NCBI GenBank assembly: GCA_963755025.1
Contig: CAVWIH010000014.1
Span: forward strand, 96,001-160,000
DNA: 64,000 nt
Origin: an uncultured Actinomycetes bacterium
Lineage (GTDB): Bacteria > Actinomycetota > Thermoleophilia > UBA2241
Direction of reading: 5' to 3'
Numbering within the stretch: position 1 is the stretch's first letter; each line of letters begins with the position of its first letter. The notes beneath the pieces were generated by a model that saw only the letters and a list, made by a program, of their open reading frames with translations, ran no database searches and was not told the origin of the DNA. Positions 10,435 to 19,673 of the stretch are shown here, in pieces. Both the position numbers and the translations under genes were made by a program.

Positions 10435-11436
10435 CGACCGGCCACGGCGTCGCGACGGCGGCCGTCGCTCGCGGCCGGGGCCGGGGCGGGGGCCAGCATG
10501 GTCAGAGCGCCGGGGACCAGCTCGGCCTTCAGCGGCAACCTGCCGAGCGGCTCGCCGTCGACGTCGAGGGCAAAGCGCGCGGCCGCCGCCTCGTCGAGCA
10601 GCTCGACTTCGACGGCGCGGCAGCGCAGCGCCTCGACCCCCGGCACCCCCAGGTGACGGCCGCCGAAGACCTTGGGCAGGTGACGGGCCACCGTCCACTT
10701 CGAGTCGCAGGCCACCGACACGACGTCGAGCAGCCCGTCGTCGGGCACGGCGTCGGGCGCCAGGCGCATGCCGCCGCCAAAGACGGCGCCGTTGCACAGC
10801 CCCAGCAGGTAGGTCGAGACCTCGCGCTCGACGGGGCCGGTGACTCCCGACAGGCGCAGGCGCAAGCGAGCGCGCGGGCAGGCCACCAGCGCCCAGGCCG
10901 ACGCCACGCCGTACGACACGCGGCCGCCCAGCAGGCTGGGGATCTTCTCGACGTAGCGGTCGACGAGCCCTCCGGGGCCGACCGACAGCACGTTGACCAC
11001 GTAGCGCTCTAGCGGCCGCCCGTCGTGGCCCCGAAAGGCCACGCGCAGCAGATCGACCCGCCGAGTATGACCGCTCGGCGATGGCGTCGAGGTAGTCGTT
11101 GAGGCCGCGGCCTATGCCGAGGCTGTGGCCAAAGTCGCCGCCGGTGCCCAGGCCGATCAGGCCGATGCGCGCGCCGGCGGCCGCGGCGCGCGCCTGCATG
11201 ACGCCGTTGACGACCTCGTTCAGGGTGCCGTCGCCGCCCACGGCGACGATCGTCTCGCGGCCCTCGCCGGCCGCGCGGCGGGCGAGGTCGATGGCGTGGC
11301 CGCGACGCTCGGTGGCGGCGAAGTCGACGTCGCCAAGGGCGCGCTCGACGGCCGCGGTGAAGCGCGCAAGCGAACGTGACCCGCCCATCTTGCCGCTCGA
11401 GGGATTCACGATGAGAAGGGGCCGGCCGGCGCTCAT
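10431..11436 (-). CDS. Diacylglycerol kinase family lipid kinase (YegS/BmrU); frameshift near 11050-11070
   Basis: [25 protein letters not shown] in one frame; [19 protein letters not shown] in ORF 10431..11042. Confidence 0.85.
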
Positions 11437-11443
11437 GCGGGCA

Positions 11444-11449
11444 AGTATA
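11444..11449 (-). promoter_or_regulatory. -10 element TATACT, 7 nt before the ATG at 11436 (probable leaderless promoter)
   Basis: Minus strand TATACT-tgcccgc-ATG. Confidence 0.55.
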
Positions 11450-11552
11450 CGTCGCCGCGAGGCGCCGCCGACGCCGGCACAACGCCGCGGCCAACGGTCG
11501 CCTTCGGAGTCGTTTGGTATCCTTGACGCCCAGCGAGGCAACGAGGGATCAC

Positions 11553-12812
11553 ATGGCGCATCGCACCGCACGAGCAAGCTACGAACAGCTCACGCGCCGG
11601 CTCAACAAATTCCCCGTCGGAGCGCCGCCGACGGAGCTCTTCTACGACATCCTCGCCATGCTCTTCACCGAGCGCGAGGCGCGCCTCGTCGCCCAGCTGC
11701 CCATCGCCCCCTTCAAGGCCGCCGACGCCGCCCGGGCGTGGGGCACCGGCACCGCCGAAGCCGAGCGCGAGCTCGAGCTCCTCGTGAGCCGCTCGCTGCT
11801 CATCGACACCTGCTTCGACGGCGTGCGCCGCTATTTTCTGCCGCCCCCCATGGCGGGCTTCTTCGAGTTCTCGCTCATGCGCAGCGACGGCCGCCTCGAC
11901 AAGCAGGCGCTCGCCGAGCTGTTCCACCGCTACATGAACGCCGAGGACGAGTTCGTGCGCGAGCTCTACGAGGGCGAGACCCAGCTGGGCCGCGCCCTGG
12001 TGCACGAGCCGGCGCTCTCCCTCGACGACGAGCTGCATGTGCTCGACTACGAGCGCGCCAGCGCCATCATCGGCGACGCGCACCACCTCGCCGTCGGCCT
12101 GTGCTACTGCCGCCACAAGATGGAGCACGTCGGCAAGGCCTGCGACGCCCCGCTCGAGCTGTGCCTCTCGCTGAACGACGCGGCCGAGACCCTGATCCGC
12201 CAGGGCATCGTGCGCGCCATCGAACCGGCCGAGGGGCTCGACCTGCTCGCCGAGGCTTACGAGAACGACCTCGTGCAGTTCGCCGAGAACGTGCGCCGCG
12301 GCGTCAACTTCATCTGCAACTGCTGCCGCTGCTGCTGCGAGACCATGATCGCCGCGCGGCGCTTCGCCGTGCTGCGGCCGGTGCACACCACGCGCTTCAT
12401 GCCGGTCGTCTCCGCGCATGCCTGCAACGGCTGCGGCCTGTGCACCGAGCGCTGCCCGGTCGAGGCCATCCGTCAGGAGCTGCCCGGCGCGGCGCCGACG
12501 GTCGACCGCACGGTCTGCATCGGCTGCGGCGTGTGCAGCCGCACCTGCCGACGGCGGGCGATCGTGCTCGCCGTGCGCCCCGAACGCATCATCACGCCGC
12601 TCGATTCGGCGCACCGTACGGTCGTCATGGCCATCGAACGCGGCAAGCTGCAGAACCTGATCTTCTCGGAGCAGGGGCTCGCCAGCCACCGCGCCCTGGC
12701 CGCCGTGCTGGGCGTCGTGCTGCGCCTGCCCCCCGTCAAGCAGGTGATGGCCAGCGAACAGATAAAGTCACGCTATCTCGAGGGACTGCTCGCCCGTCGC
12801 CGCTACTGGTAG
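11553..12812 (+). CDS. Cys-rich 4Fe-4S dicluster domain protein
   Basis: [26 protein letters not shown] and [11 protein letters not shown]; TG-g-TATCCT extended -10 at 11515-11523. Confidence 0.8.
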   Translation: MAHRTARASYEQLTRRLNKFPVGAPPTELFYDILAMLFTEREARLVAQLPIAPFKAADAARAWGTGTAEAERELELLVSRSLLIDTCFDGVRRYFLPPPMAGFFEFSLMRSDGRLDKQALAELFHRYMNAEDEFVRELYEGETQLGRALVHEPALSLDDELHVLDYERASAIIGDAHHLAVGLCYCRHKMEHVGKACDAPLELCLSLNDAAETLIRQGIVRAIEPAEGLDLLAEAYENDLVQFAENVRRGVNFICNCCRCCCETMIAARRFAVLRPVHTTRFMPVVSAHACNGCGLCTERCPVEAIRQELPGAAPTVDRTVCIGCGVCSRTCRRRAIVLAVRPERIITPLDSAHRTVVMAIERGKLQNLIFSEQGLASHRALAAVLGVVLRLPPVKQVMASEQIKSRYLEGLLARRRYW

Positions 12813-12895
12813 GCGCGGCGGGCGGCGGCCGTTTCGCGGCGCCGTCGCCCGGGCACGAGCCATCGAGCCGACCACGCAAGCAACGAAAGGGCCGC

Positions 12896-13180
12896 ATGCA
12901 AGACCAGAAGGGCCGGCCGCACGAGCCGACGTCGTCCATGACGATGCTGCGCCGCGGCGCCGTGCCGTTCCTCTGCGGCCTGGTCGCCCTGGGACTGCTC
13001 GCTTTCATCGTGCAGAACGGGCAGCGCGCCGACGTCCACTGGCTGGCCTGGACCTTCACCGCCCCGCTGTGGGTCGACCTCATGCTGCCGGCGATCGGCG
13101 CGGTGCTCGTCGCCGGACTCGTCGCCCTGCTCGTCATGCGGCGGCGACGGCGCGCGCCCGGCTCGCGCGCCGCGCGCTGA
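12896..13180 (+). CDS. LapA (DUF1049)-family small membrane protein
   Basis: LLAFIVQNGQRADVHWLAWTFTAPLW pattern, two TM segments, basic tail; start uncertain (12896 or 12938). Confidence 0.6.
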   Translation: MQDQKGRPHEPTSSMTMLRRGAVPFLCGLVALGLLAFIVQNGQRADVHWLAWTFTAPLWVDLMLPAIGAVLVAGLVALLVMRRRRRAPGSRAAR

Positions 13181-13259
13181 CACGCCGCCCCACGGAGGGC
13201 CGGCGGCGCTCGTCGGGTAGAATCGCAGGCGAGTCCATTCGCCCGAAAGGTGACCTGAG

Positions 13260-14246
13260 ATGAAGGTGACGCTGCTCTCCGAAGCCGACTTGCGCGCCTG
13301 CGTCGGGTTCGACCGCGAGGCCCTCGAGGCGGTCGCCCAGGGGTTCTCGCGTCTGGCCGAGGGTCGGGCCGTCGCGCCGCCGGTGATCGCCATCGACATC
13401 CCCGAGCACGCCGGCGAGGTCGACATCAAGACGGCCTACATCGAGGGGCTCGACAGCTTCGCCGTGAAGGTCGCCTCGGGCTTCGCCGGCAACCCGGCGC
13501 GGGGCCTGCCCTACGGCACCGGCATGATGGTCCTGATCAGCGCCGAGACCGGCTTTCTTCAGGCCCTGCTGGTCGACAACGGCTACCTCACCGAGCTGCG
13601 CACCGGCCTCGCCGGAGCGCTCGCCGCCGACCGCCTGGCGCGGCGCCGGGTCGAGACCGTCGGCGTGATCGGCTCGGGTTCGCAGGCGCGCTACCAGGTG
13701 CGCGGCCTGCGCATGGTGCGCGACTTCACGCGCCTGTACGTATACGGCCTGAACGCCGACGAGATCGCGCGCTTCGTCGACGACGTCGAGGCCGAGCTGA
13801 ACGTCGACGTCGTGGTGGCGGCCACTGCCGAAGCGGTCGTGCGCGAGAGCGACATCGTGGTGTGCACCACGCCCGCCCACGAGCCGTACCTGCAGGCCGG
13901 CTGGCTGCACCCCGGCCTGCACATCACCTCGATGGGCTCCGACATGCCGGGCAAGCAGGAGCTCTTCGCCGAGTGTTTCTCGCGAGCCGACCGCGTGGTC
14001 TGCGACCGCGTGTCGCAATGCGTGCTGATCGGCGAGCTGCACCACGTCGTCGACGCCGGCCTGCTCGACGAGAGCCGGGTCGACGAGCTCGGCGACCTCA
14101 CCGCGGGCATGAAGCCCGGACGGCAGACCGACGACGAGATCACGATCTGCGACCTGACCGGCGTCGGCGTGCAGGACACCGCGATCGCCCGCCTCGCCTA
14201 CCGCCGGGCGACCGCCGCCGGCCTGGGCGCCAGCTTCGGCGACTGA
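13260..14246 (+). CDS. Ornithine cyclodeaminase/mu-crystallin family protein (EutC-like)
   Basis: KVASGFAGN, LTELRTGLAG, IGSGSQA, GSDMPGKQEL, DLTGVGVQD; TAGAAT at 13218-13223. Confidence 0.85.
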   Translation: MKVTLLSEADLRACVGFDREALEAVAQGFSRLAEGRAVAPPVIAIDIPEHAGEVDIKTAYIEGLDSFAVKVASGFAGNPARGLPYGTGMMVLISAETGFLQALLVDNGYLTELRTGLAGALAADRLARRRVETVGVIGSGSQARYQVRGLRMVRDFTRLYVYGLNADEIARFVDDVEAELNVDVVVAATAEAVVRESDIVVCTTPAHEPYLQAGWLHPGLHITSMGSDMPGKQELFAECFSRADRVVCDRVSQCVLIGELHHVVDAGLLDESRVDELGDLTAGMKPGRQTDDEITICDLTGVGVQDTAIARLAYRRATAAGLGASFGD

Positions 14247-14301
14247 CGAGGCAGGCGACCACGAGGCGCGCGCTCAAGACCAGTCGAGAAGGAGAGACCG
14301 C

Positions 14302-15444
14302 ATGGCATTGACCCAGCCATTCGTCGAGTTCAAGCTCGAGCGATTGCTGTCGGCCTACGAGCACGACGTCGAGATCAATCTCTCCGAGAGCGGCGTGCAG
14401 CCCCTGACCACCCGCGAGCTGCTCGCCCTGCAGGGCGGCGACGTCGACGCCGCCCTCGCGGCGCTCGCCGACGCCGCTCTCGACTACCCCGAAGCCAACG
14501 GCTCCCTCGAGCTGCGCCGGGCGATCGCGGCCTGGTACCCGGGCGCGACCGCGGCCAATGTGCTCGTCACCGTGGGCGCCATCCAGGCGAACTTCACCAG
14601 CCTGCTCACCGTCACCGATCCCGGCGACCTGATCGCCGTGATGCAGCCCAGCTACCAGCAGATCTGGGGGCTCGCCCAGAACCTCGGGCGCACCATGAAC
14701 ACCTTCTCGCTCAAACAGCACCGCGACTGGGCGCTCGACCTGGACGAGCTGCAGGACGCCGTCGCGCCCCAGACCCGCTTGGTGGCCGTCGTGAACCCCA
14801 ACAACCCCACCGGGCACATCCTGCGCGCCGAGGAGCGCGCGCGCATCGTCGCCGGCGCCGAGCGCACCGGCGCCTGGCTGCTGGCCGACGAGGTCTACGC
14901 CGGCGCCGAGCGCGCCACCGACGAGTTCACGCCGAGCTTCTACGGCGAGTACGACAAGGTGCTCGCCGTGGGCAGCATGTCGAAGGCCTACGGACTGCCA
15001 GGCCTGCGCATAGGCTGGGTCGTCGCCCCCGAAGAGACGATCGCGCGCATGTGGGCCTGGCAGAACTACGTCACAATCTGCGCGAGCCGCCTGGGCGACA
15101 CCCTGGCGGCCGTGGCCCTCTCGCCGGCGGTGCGGCCGCAGATCCTGGCGCGCACCCGGGGCTACGTGCGGCGCGGCTTCGACGTCGTGGCCGACTGGGC
15201 CGCCGGGCGCGACGACGTCGAAGTGCTGCCGCCCGACGCGGCCGCCGTCTGCTTCGTGAAGTACGCCCAGAAGATCGATTCGAGCGCGCTCGTCATGCGC
15301 CTCGTGCAGGAGAAGAGCACCTTCGTGGCGCCGGGCGACCTGTTCGGCCTCGACGGCCACCTGCGGGTGAGCTTCGGCTTGCCCGGCGAGTACGTGGCCG
15401 AGGGACTGGCGCGCATCGGCGCGGTGCTCGACAGTGTCGAGTAG
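14302..15444 (+). CDS. PLP-dependent class I/II aminotransferase-fold enzyme
   Basis: NLSESGV, NPNNPTG, DEVY, SMSKAYGLPGLRIGW. Confidence 0.9.
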   Translation: MALTQPFVEFKLERLLSAYEHDVEINLSESGVQPLTTRELLALQGGDVDAALAALADAALDYPEANGSLELRRAIAAWYPGATAANVLVTVGAIQANFTSLLTVTDPGDLIAVMQPSYQQIWGLAQNLGRTMNTFSLKQHRDWALDLDELQDAVAPQTRLVAVVNPNNPTGHILRAEERARIVAGAERTGAWLLADEVYAGAERATDEFTPSFYGEYDKVLAVGSMSKAYGLPGLRIGWVVAPEETIARMWAWQNYVTICASRLGDTLAAVALSPAVRPQILARTRGYVRRGFDVVADWAAGRDDVEVLPPDAAAVCFVKYAQKIDSSALVMRLVQEKSTFVAPGDLFGLDGHLRVSFGLPGEYVAEGLARIGAVLDSVE

Positions 15445-16595
15445 CGGCAGCATACAGAGCGTGCCGCGACCCGGGGTGATCGAGCTCGGCTTCGGCGAGC
15501 CCGACCCGGCGCTGTTTCCGGCCGCGGGCCTTGTCGCGGCTTGCCGCGACGCGCTCACCGACGGCGGCGCGGTAGCCCTGCCCTACGGCGGCAACTACGG
15601 CCCGACGGCCCTGCGCCGACGCCTCGCCGAGCGCCTCACGGCGCTCGAAGGCGCGGCGACCGCACTCGACGAGACGCTGGTGAGCGGCGGCAACTCGCAG
15701 GCCCTCGACCACCTCGTCACGGTGTTCTGCCGGCCGGGCGACGTCGTGCTCGTCGAACGGCCCACGTACAGCCTCGCGCTGGGCATCTTCCGCGACCACC
15801 CGGTCGCGATCGAGGCCCTGCCCTTCGACGACGAGGGCCTCGACGTCGACGCCCTCGAACGACGCCTGCGCCGCGGCGCGCGCCACAGGCCGACCGGTGC
15901 GCCTGCTCTACACCATCCCCACCTTTCACAACCCGACCGGCATCTCGCTCGCCCCGGCGCGCCGGCGGCGCCTGGTCGAGGTCGCCACGGCCCACGGCCT
16001 GCTCGTCGTCGAAGACGACGTCTACCGCGAGCTCTGGTACGACGCCCCGGCGCCGCCCTCGCTGTGGAGCATCGCGGCGCGCGGCACGGTCGTGCGCCTC
16101 GGTTCCTTCGCCAAGACGCTCGCTCCGGGGCTGCGGGTGGGCTGGGTGAACGCCGCCCCCGAGCAGGCCGCGCGCCTCGCGGCGAGCGGCCTGAGCGAGA
16201 GCGGCGGGTGTCCCAGCCAGTTCGCCGCGGTCGTCGTCGAGCAGTTCCTGGCCGGCGGCCGCTACGACCCGCACGTCGCCGAGCTGCGGGCGGCCTACGC
16301 CGCCCGCCGCGACGTGCTCGCCGACGCGCTCGCCGAGCACCTGCCGCCGGACTGCCGCGTGTCGCGGCCCGACGGCGGGTTCTTCATCTGGGTCGCGCTG
16401 CCCGAGGGGCTGCGGGCCGGCGACCTGCTGCCGGCCGCCGAGGCGGCCGGCGTGTCGTACGTGCCGGCCGCGCGCAGCCACCTCGACGGCTACGACGGCG
16501 GCCTGCGCCTGGCCTTCACGCTGTACGGCATCGAGCCGCTCACCGAGGCGGCCGCACGCCTGGGCGACACCATCGGCGCCGCCCTGCGCGCCTGA
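15434..16595 (+). CDS. PLP-dependent aminotransferase (Aro8/LysN-like); frameshift near 15880-15897
   Basis: GFGEPD, SQALD, ERPTY in frame 15434; TFHNPTG, EDDVY, SFAKTLAPGLRVGW, GGFFIW in ORF 15897..16595. Confidence 0.85.
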
Positions 16596-16684
16596 GTCGC
16601 CACGAGCAGCGCGCCTGAGCAGCGCTGCGTGGCGCCGTGCGGCGCGCCTGAGCACGCGGGCGCCGCACGGCGTGCCGCCGCGCG

Positions 16685-18082
16685 CTACTTCGAGTCGGCC
16701 TGCGGCGAGGCGCCGGCGTCGGCGACCGGCCCGGTGAGCCTGCTCACGAACTCGACGATCGCCAGGTAGACCAGCAACCCGACCACGATCCAGATGACGC
16801 CGGCGATGCCGGGCGTGCCCCAGAAGACCAGCACCGCGGCGGCGACCAGCAGGCCGGCGATCTGCAGGGCGCGATGGTGGCCGGCCACCCACGAACCCAC
16901 CGGCCCGAGGTCGAGCCCCCGCCGCTCGGCGCGCGCGCCGGCGCTCTGGAAGACGCCGGACAGCGCCCCGCGCACCGCGACGGCCCAGCGGGCCGGACCG
17001 GCGATGAGCGCGCCGAGCCAGACCAGGAGACCGACGACGAACACCGTGCGCGCCGCGTCGAGCACGCCGACGGCCAGCGTGTCGAAGATGGCCGCGGCGG
17101 CGGGCCGCGGCAACTGCGAGCTGACGATGGCGTTCAGATAGGCGCCGCGTCCGACGTGGTAGCCGATCAGGGTGAGGACCATGGCGATAGCGAGCAGGAA
17201 ACCGAGCTGCAACACGGTGCGACGGCGCCGCCACGAGACCGCGATCGCGCCGGCCCAGGCGGCGATCAGCAGCAGCGGCAGGGCGATCGTGAGCTTGTGG
17301 AAGAAGCTGACGACCTTCTGCGCTTTGGCCAGGTTCTGGGAGCGGAAGAGCACGAACGTCGCGCTGCCCGGTGTGCCGGCCACCGTGTCGAGCGCGTGGA
17401 TGCCCCTGGCGTCGAGGGTCGCCTTGAGCTTGGCGACCGCGGGCGTGAGATCGATGCTCACCTCGCCGTTGGATGTGCCGATCAGGTGGCCTTTGTTGCC
17501 GAGCAGCGCGGCCGAGACCCTGGCGTGGGCCTGGCGGTTGGCGACCTCCCATACCTTCGCGAACTGGGGCGAGGCCACGACGGCGTGGAGCGCCTGGTAG
17601 GCGTAGGTCTTGAGCTGGTTGGACAGCGGACCCGAGAAGCCCTGAGCCCACGACGGCAGCACGCCGGCGAGCTGCTGCTGGACATTCACCTTGGCCCACA
17701 GCTGGTTGGTCAAGTCGGTGGCGACCGCGTTCTGCACGGCCGGGTTCGAGCTCAGCGGCGCCACTGTCTGGACGTAGTTATTGGTGTTCAGCAGGTCGTG
17801 GTCCATCCACAGCACGAGCAGGGTCAACGGCGCCAGCAGGGTCGCCAGCGCGATCAGCACGATCGCGATGGGGCGGCGCCAGCGCGCGTGGCGGCGCGTC
17901 GCGGCGAGGTCGGCGTTGCCGCCCGCGTCGCCGGCCTCGCCGGTCGCTGACGGGGGAACCGTTTCGTCCCCGACAGCCGGCAGGGGGGCCGTTTCGCCCG
18001 TCGCGGCCGGCAGGGGCGCGGTCTCGCCGCCGGCGGCCGGTAGAGCCGCCGTTGCGTCTTCGGAGGTGTCGTCGTCGGTCAT
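16685..18082 (-). CDS. Integral membrane protein of unknown function
   Basis: TM - large extracytoplasmic domain - about 5 TM; 10-aa repeats (ETAPLPAA) at the N-terminus. Confidence 0.7.
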   Translation of the reverse strand: MTDDDTSEDATAALPAAGGETAPLPAATGETAPLPAVGDETVPPSATGEAGDAGGNADLAATRRHARWRRPIAIVLIALATLLAPLTLLVLWMDHDLLNTNNYVQTVAPLSSNPAVQNAVATDLTNQLWAKVNVQQQLAGVLPSWAQGFSGPLSNQLKTYAYQALHAVVASPQFAKVWEVANRQAHARVSAALLGNKGHLIGTSNGEVSIDLTPAVAKLKATLDARGIHALDTVAGTPGSATFVLFRSQNLAKAQKVVSFFHKLTIALPLLLIAAWAGAIAVSWRRRRTVLQLGFLLAIAMVLTLIGYHVGRGAYLNAIVSSQLPRPAAAAIFDTLAVGVLDAARTVFVVGLLVWLGALIAGPARWAVAVRGALSGVFQSAGARAERRGLDLGPVGSWVAGHHRALQIAGLLVAAAVLVFWGTPGIAGVIWIVVGLLVYLAIVEFVSRLTGPVADAGASPQADSK

Positions 18083-18188
18083 TCAGGCGCCTGCTTCCAC
18101 GTCGGTCAGGACGGGGCGACCGGAGGTCCAGGTCAGAACAGAGACCAACCGGGTCCCGCTTATGCGCTACGTACCCAGCAGCGCTGTC

Positions 18189-18989
18189 TTAGCCACCTTC
18201 TTCGCCGTCGTGCATCGCGTCGCCGGGCTCCGGCGCCTCGGACGAGTACAGCGAGACCAGGCGAGCCACGGCGGTGACGAGGAACACCTGGCCGAGCATC
18301 GCCTCGAAGACGACGAGCACGCGCGGCAACGAGCTTGCCGGCGTGAAATCGCCGAACCCCACGGTCGTCATCGTGATGTAACTGAAATAGAGGTAGATCG
18401 ACGGGTCCTGCTGCGGACCCTGGGCGAAGAAGCTGGGGTGCACACCGTTCACGCCCAGGTACACGAAGGTGAACAGCAGGCCAATCATGAGGTAGACACA
18501 GATGGCCGCGACCAGCAGGCGCAGCGTCACGCGCCGGCTCTGAACGATGCGTCGGGCGATGGCCACCGGCGAGATGAGCAGCAGCGCGAACAGCATGAAG
18601 TAGACGTAGCCGTTCAGGTGCTTCGATCCGGTGAACGCCACGAGCAGCGAAGCCAGCACGGCGATACCGGCCGCCGCCCAGGCGATCTGCATGGTGCGCC
18701 GGCGGGCCTCGGAGGTGCGCAGCGCCAGCAGCAGCGAGGCCGCCGTGATCGGCGTGTAGCTGAAGGTCGCCCAGCGCCCGCCGCCGGCCAAGCCGATCAC
18801 GCAGATGTCGATGAGCAGCAACCCGAGCAGGACGAAGTAGCGTTCGTTGCGGGGCTCGGTTGGCCGCAGGCGGTGCAGCGGACGTCGGCGAGCGCCCGGC
18901 TTGCCGGCGCCGCCGGCCGTCTCGCCGGAACGCACGCTGTCCGCCTCGCCGGAAGGTGCGCCGTCCGCCTGGGGCCGATCGTCGGGCAA
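18189..18989 (-). CDS. Potassium channel family protein
   Basis: YFSYITMTTVGFGD selectivity filter, EAMLGQVFL; start uncertain. Confidence 0.85.
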   Translation of the reverse strand: MPDDRPQADGAPSGEADSVRSGETAGGAGKPGARRRPLHRLRPTEPRNERYFVLLGLLLIDICVIGLAGGGRWATFSYTPITAASLLLALRTSEARRRTMQIAWAAAGIAVLASLLVAFTGSKHLNGYVYFMLFALLLISPVAIARRIVQSRRVTLRLLVAAICVYLMIGLLFTFVYLGVNGVHPSFFAQGPQQDPSIYLYFSYITMTTVGFGDFTPASSLPRVLVVFEAMLGQVFLVTAVARLVSLYSSEAPEPGDAMHDGEEGG

Positions 18990-19188
18990 GAAGCCTGCCC
19001 CCCTTTCCTTTCAGTCTGGCCACGATCGTCGATCGCGCCGCGACCGCTGGTCACACCTGCAGCTTCGACTTCGCGGCGAACGGTCCTGCCGGGCTGCCGC
19101 TGTGATACCTTGTCGGGCTGTCGGCCGCGCCGCCTGGCGACGCGCGCCCGTCGGTCCGGCTCACCTCGAACGACAAGGAGTGTGGCGC

Positions 19189-19479
19189 ATGTGCTGCCTC
19201 GGTTGCCTCGGCATGTTCACGCCGCGCCTCGTGCTGGTCTTCCTGTGGCTCTTCACCAACGCGGTCGACCGCGCCTTCAGCAGCCTCCTGCTGCCGCTCG
19301 TCGGCATCATCTTCCTGCCGTTCACGACCCTGTTCTACGTGCTCGTATACTCGACCGCCCACAACGGCCCGACAGCCGCCGGCTGGATCCTCGTGTTCAT
19401 CGGCTTTCTGCTCGACCTCGGCTCGTACTCGTCGGGCTACCGCGATCGCCGCCGCATGCCGTACTACCCCGGCTCCTGA
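19189..19479 (+). CDS. Small 3-TM membrane protein
   Basis: MCCLGCLGMFTPRL...FLPFTTLFY...DLGSY; AAGGAG RBS at 19175-19180. Confidence 0.7.
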   Translation: MCCLGCLGMFTPRLVLVFLWLFTNAVDRAFSSLLLPLVGIIFLPFTTLFYVLVYSTAHNGPTAAGWILVFIGFLLDLGSYSSGYRDRRRMPYYPGS

Positions 19480-19501
19480 CCGTCCACGCGCTCGACGCCC
19501 T

Positions 19502-19669
19502 TGTCCGCCGCTCGACTTCGTCGGCGCCGCTCAGACTGGCGTGACTTCGTCGCTATGCCTGTCCGCCGCTCGACTTCGTCGGCGCCGCTCAGACTGGCGT
19601 GAACTCGTCACTATGCCTGTCCGCCGCTCGACTTCGTCGGCGCCGCTCAGACTGGCGTGACTTCGTCGC
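19502..19669. repeat. Intergenic tandem repeat, 3 x 58 bp, palindrome-containing (REP-like)
   Basis: Unit tgtccgccgctcgacttcgtcggcgccgctcagactggcgtgacttcgtcgctatgcc starts at 19502, 19560 and 19618, between convergent stops. Confidence 0.9.
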
Positions 19670-19673
19670 GCGC

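Noticed and set aside
19502-19669. Possible CRISPR array
   Set aside because: Units are contiguous near-identical 58-mers with no unique spacers, and there are no cas genes in the window.
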